This document shows positions 61,301-64,000 of a stretch of DNA of 64,000 nucleotides, in pieces. Within the stretch, counting starts at the first letter, position 1; every line of letters starts with the position of its first letter. The translations under genes and the position numbers were made by a program. The stretch is from Chiloscyllium plagiosum. Lineage: Eukaryota. Location: the NCBI RefSeq assembly GCF_004010195.1, contig NC_057718.1, positions 27,911,974-27,975,973 on the forward strand, in the 5' to 3' direction. The notes beneath the pieces are model-generated. The model was not told where the DNA came from. It made no database searches and saw nothing but the letters and a program-made list of their open reading frames with translations.

Positions 61301-61884
61301 GTGCTTCTTTGCGATCCTGCTACAAGATTGTTGCCTTCAAGAGAAAGAACATCAGTTTCTTGATGTTGAAAGCACTTGCATGTTTGAGGTAAATTTCTTT
61401 TAAGATTTTGCCAAGCTCTCAGATTTTTGATTAAACTTAACTGAGCTGCACTACAGCTTGCCCTCAAGTTTATTGTCACAGGATAAATAACTGGTTAAAA
61501 TAAGGGCATGTTTGTGTTCTGTTTAAAATTTGCAGACTTACAGAACTCCATATTTGCCTTTGTGAAAAGGGTGAGGGTTATTTGCCTTTTGACCATTGGG
61601 ATGCTTTACTGTGTTAAAAGCATGTATGTCCTTAATGTGATTTTTCTATGTATTTTCAAAAATTGGATTCTCTAAATGACTTACTGGATTAATTTACCGA
61701 TGCAATGCATTTGTCACTGATCAAAGGATTCCCAGGTCTCCGCTCAGGTTGCTGATTTTTGTCTTGGTGTCCCTAGCAAGAAGGCAGACCAGACACTTCC
61801 TGTTCCCAATGGCAATCTTTGTCAGAAAAGTTCTGTGAATCATCATCTTTTGTTATTGCCAATCAAAAGCTTGCATTCTGGTTA

Positions 61885-62707
61885 GTGGCAGATGGAGTTT
61901 AATTCCAATAAATGTGAGGTGCTGCACTTTGGGAAAGCAAATCTTAGCAAGGACTTATACACTTAATGGTAAGGTCCTAGGGAGTGTTGCTGAACAAAGA
62001 GACCTTGGAGTGCAGGTTCATAGCTCCTTGCAAGTGAAGTCGCAGGTAGATAGGATAGTGAAGAAGGCGTTTGGTATGCTTTCCTTTATCAGTCAGCGTA
62101 CTGAGTACAGGAGTTGGGAGGTGATGTTGCGGCTGTGCAGGACATTGGTTAGGCCACTGTTAGAATATTGCGTGCAATTCTGGTCTCCTTCCTATCAGAA
62201 AGATGTTGTGAAACTTGAAAGGGTTCAGAAAAGATTTACAAGGATGTTGCCAGGGTTAGAGGATTTGAGCTATAGGGAGAGGCTGAATACGCTGGGGCTG
62301 TTTTCCCTGGAGTGTCAGAGGCTGAGGGGTGACCTTAGAGGTTTACAAAATTGAGGGGCATGGATAGGATAAAGAGGCAAAGACTTTTCCCTGGGGTCGG
62401 GTAGTCCAGAACTAGAGGGTATAGGTTTAGGGTGAGAGGGGAAAGATATAAAAGAGACCTAAGGGGTAACTTTTTCACGCAGAGGGTGGTACGTGTATGG
62501 AATGAGCTGCCAGAGGATGTGGTGGAGGCTAGTACAATTGCAACATTTAAGAGGCATTTGGATGGATATATGAATAGGAAGGGTTTGGAGGGATATGGGC
62601 CAGGTGCTGGCAGGTGGGATGAGATTGGATTGGGACATCTTGTCGGCATGGACGGGTTGGACAGAAGGGTCTGTTTCCATGCTGTACATCTCTCTGACTC
62701 TGTGACT
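61885..62707 (+). mobile_element. CR1 (HER1-like) LINE, young, 5'-truncated
   Basis: RPLLEYCVQFWSPSYQKDVVKLERVQKRFTRMLPGL; (tgactctg)n tail. Confidence 0.96.
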
Positions 62708-63774
62708 ATATGCCCATTTTCAAACTTGGTAATTGCAGAAGGCCCAAATACACTCAGTAAAATTGTGCAGATATTTGGGAACATAACAGAACATCATTTT
62801 GTTGGATATAACTCTCTGGAATTTAAGTGGAGCAGTGGTGCTTTCAGCAGGCTAATGTTTTGTGAGTGTTAGCTTTAAGTTAATGAGAGAGCTCCAAATA
62901 TAGGAATGGCAGACTTTGGCTTTTTGATTTAAGTAACTTTGTTATAAATTGCTTTTCTAAAACGTTGTCTTCTGGATACTAATTTTTAAAATTCTAAATT
63001 CATGATCATTAATGTTTATTACCTCTATCATTTCAAGCACAGACTGTAAAAGTATTATGTAGATACTCTGAGATACTTGAAAATATTTGAAAAATCTTTG
63101 CATTTATGTCATGCCTTTAATGAAACAAAATGTCTCAACTTTTACATCTGCAAATACTTGCTGGATATCATTTAACTATGGTTGATATTTTGATTTATTG
63201 CTATCTATTCCAGTGCTCTCCAGGCCAACCACTTATATTTTACCCACCATAAACCTGAATTCAACCAAAGTTTTGCTGTCTGTAACATTTTTTGAACCAA
63301 ATTCCATTCACCTATCACCCTTATGAGAATTGTCCTGCTACAAGCTTTTTTTATATGCTTTGAAATGTTTCATTACAATAAAAGTGCTACATTAATGCAA
63401 GTTTTTTTCAAAGATTTTGCCAGATATTGTGGAGGTCTTGGTGCAAGATAAATGAAACTTTTGTGGATTAATGCATTCAAAATTCTATAGCCATGATATG
63501 GTGCACTTGAATTCCAGAGGGGCATACCATGCACTCAGGATTTTCTTCCAATCTTGGACAAATCTCTCCTGTCTGACATCCTCACTATGCCCTCCCCACC
63601 AAGTTTTACCTCAATTCATCAGTACTCCTTTATTGTCCTTTACAGGTAATTGTTTTGAATCCTCCTTGAATAAATGTACAGCTTTCCTCCTGCTATCTCA
63701 AAATGTTTTCCAAAAGCCTTTCCAAAGCATCCAGTAAGATCCTTTCTAAAACCTGCCTTGAGTCATATTATTAG

Positions 63775-63916
63775 GCGGAAGTGGATACTGCAGATGCTGG
63801 AAATCAGAGTCAAGATTAGAGTGGTGCTGGAGAAGCACAGCAGGTCAGGCAGCATCCAAGGAGCAGGGAAATTGATGTTTCGGGCAAAAGCCCTTCTCCA
63901 GCACCACTCTAATCTG
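63775..63916. mobile_element. Fold-back PLE micro-insertion
   Basis: TSD gagtcata(t/a)tatt(a/g)g at 63760-63774 / 63917-63931; partial hammerhead on the - strand. Confidence 0.88.
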
Positions 63917-64000
63917 GAGTCATAATATTGGTCAGTCCCCCCCTCCCACTTAACATTTTCATGTTATACAGCATTGTTAGTTTTTAGTTATCTCTGAAGT

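Larger units (their letters stand above)
8572..64000 (+). other. FBXO11: FBXO11 intron 1 (runs beyond the window)
   Basis: GT donor at 8572; no sequence encoding the expected next exon (DVPADMVAEESGPG-like) was found by eye. Confidence 0.75.

Noticed and set aside
63490..63520. Possible FBXO11 exon 2 (HDMV...)
   Set aside because: Only DMV matches; no AEESGPG continuation and no proper acceptor.
2785..63916. Dispersed similar repeats as a CRISPR-like array or classical MITE family
   Set aside because: Not regularly spaced; asymmetric variable ends, long TSDs and hammerhead motifs point to PLE retroposition.

Overview
Vertebrate genomic DNA, very probably from a shark or other cartilaginous fish (inferred from HE1-type SINEs, HER1/CR1 LINEs and Penelope-like elements). 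The only host gene is the 5' end of FBXO11 on the + strand. A CpG-island promoter (~7855-8815) is followed by a first coding exon, 8490-8571 (MNSVRAANRRPRRLSRPRPVQERNNVA), which the ORF track missed. The rest of the window (>55 kb) appears to be intron 1, as I found no exon 2. Nearly all long listed ORFs are retroelement debris: CR1, RTE, Tx1/L1, Gypsy, and Penelope-like elements (PLEs) of Neptune and Poseidon types. The most striking structure is a population of 100-450 bp fold-back PLE insertions with 13-19 bp target-site duplications (TSDs) and minimal hammerhead-ribozyme motifs. One hammerhead core is intact (627-654); the intronic copies are mostly damaged at CpG positions. Also present are a processed H2A.Z pseudogene fragment, a solo LTR, nested insertions, inverted repeats, candidate enhancers or cryptic exons, and two assembly gaps. 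Family assignments come from motif recognition by eye, and most repeat boundaries are approximate.
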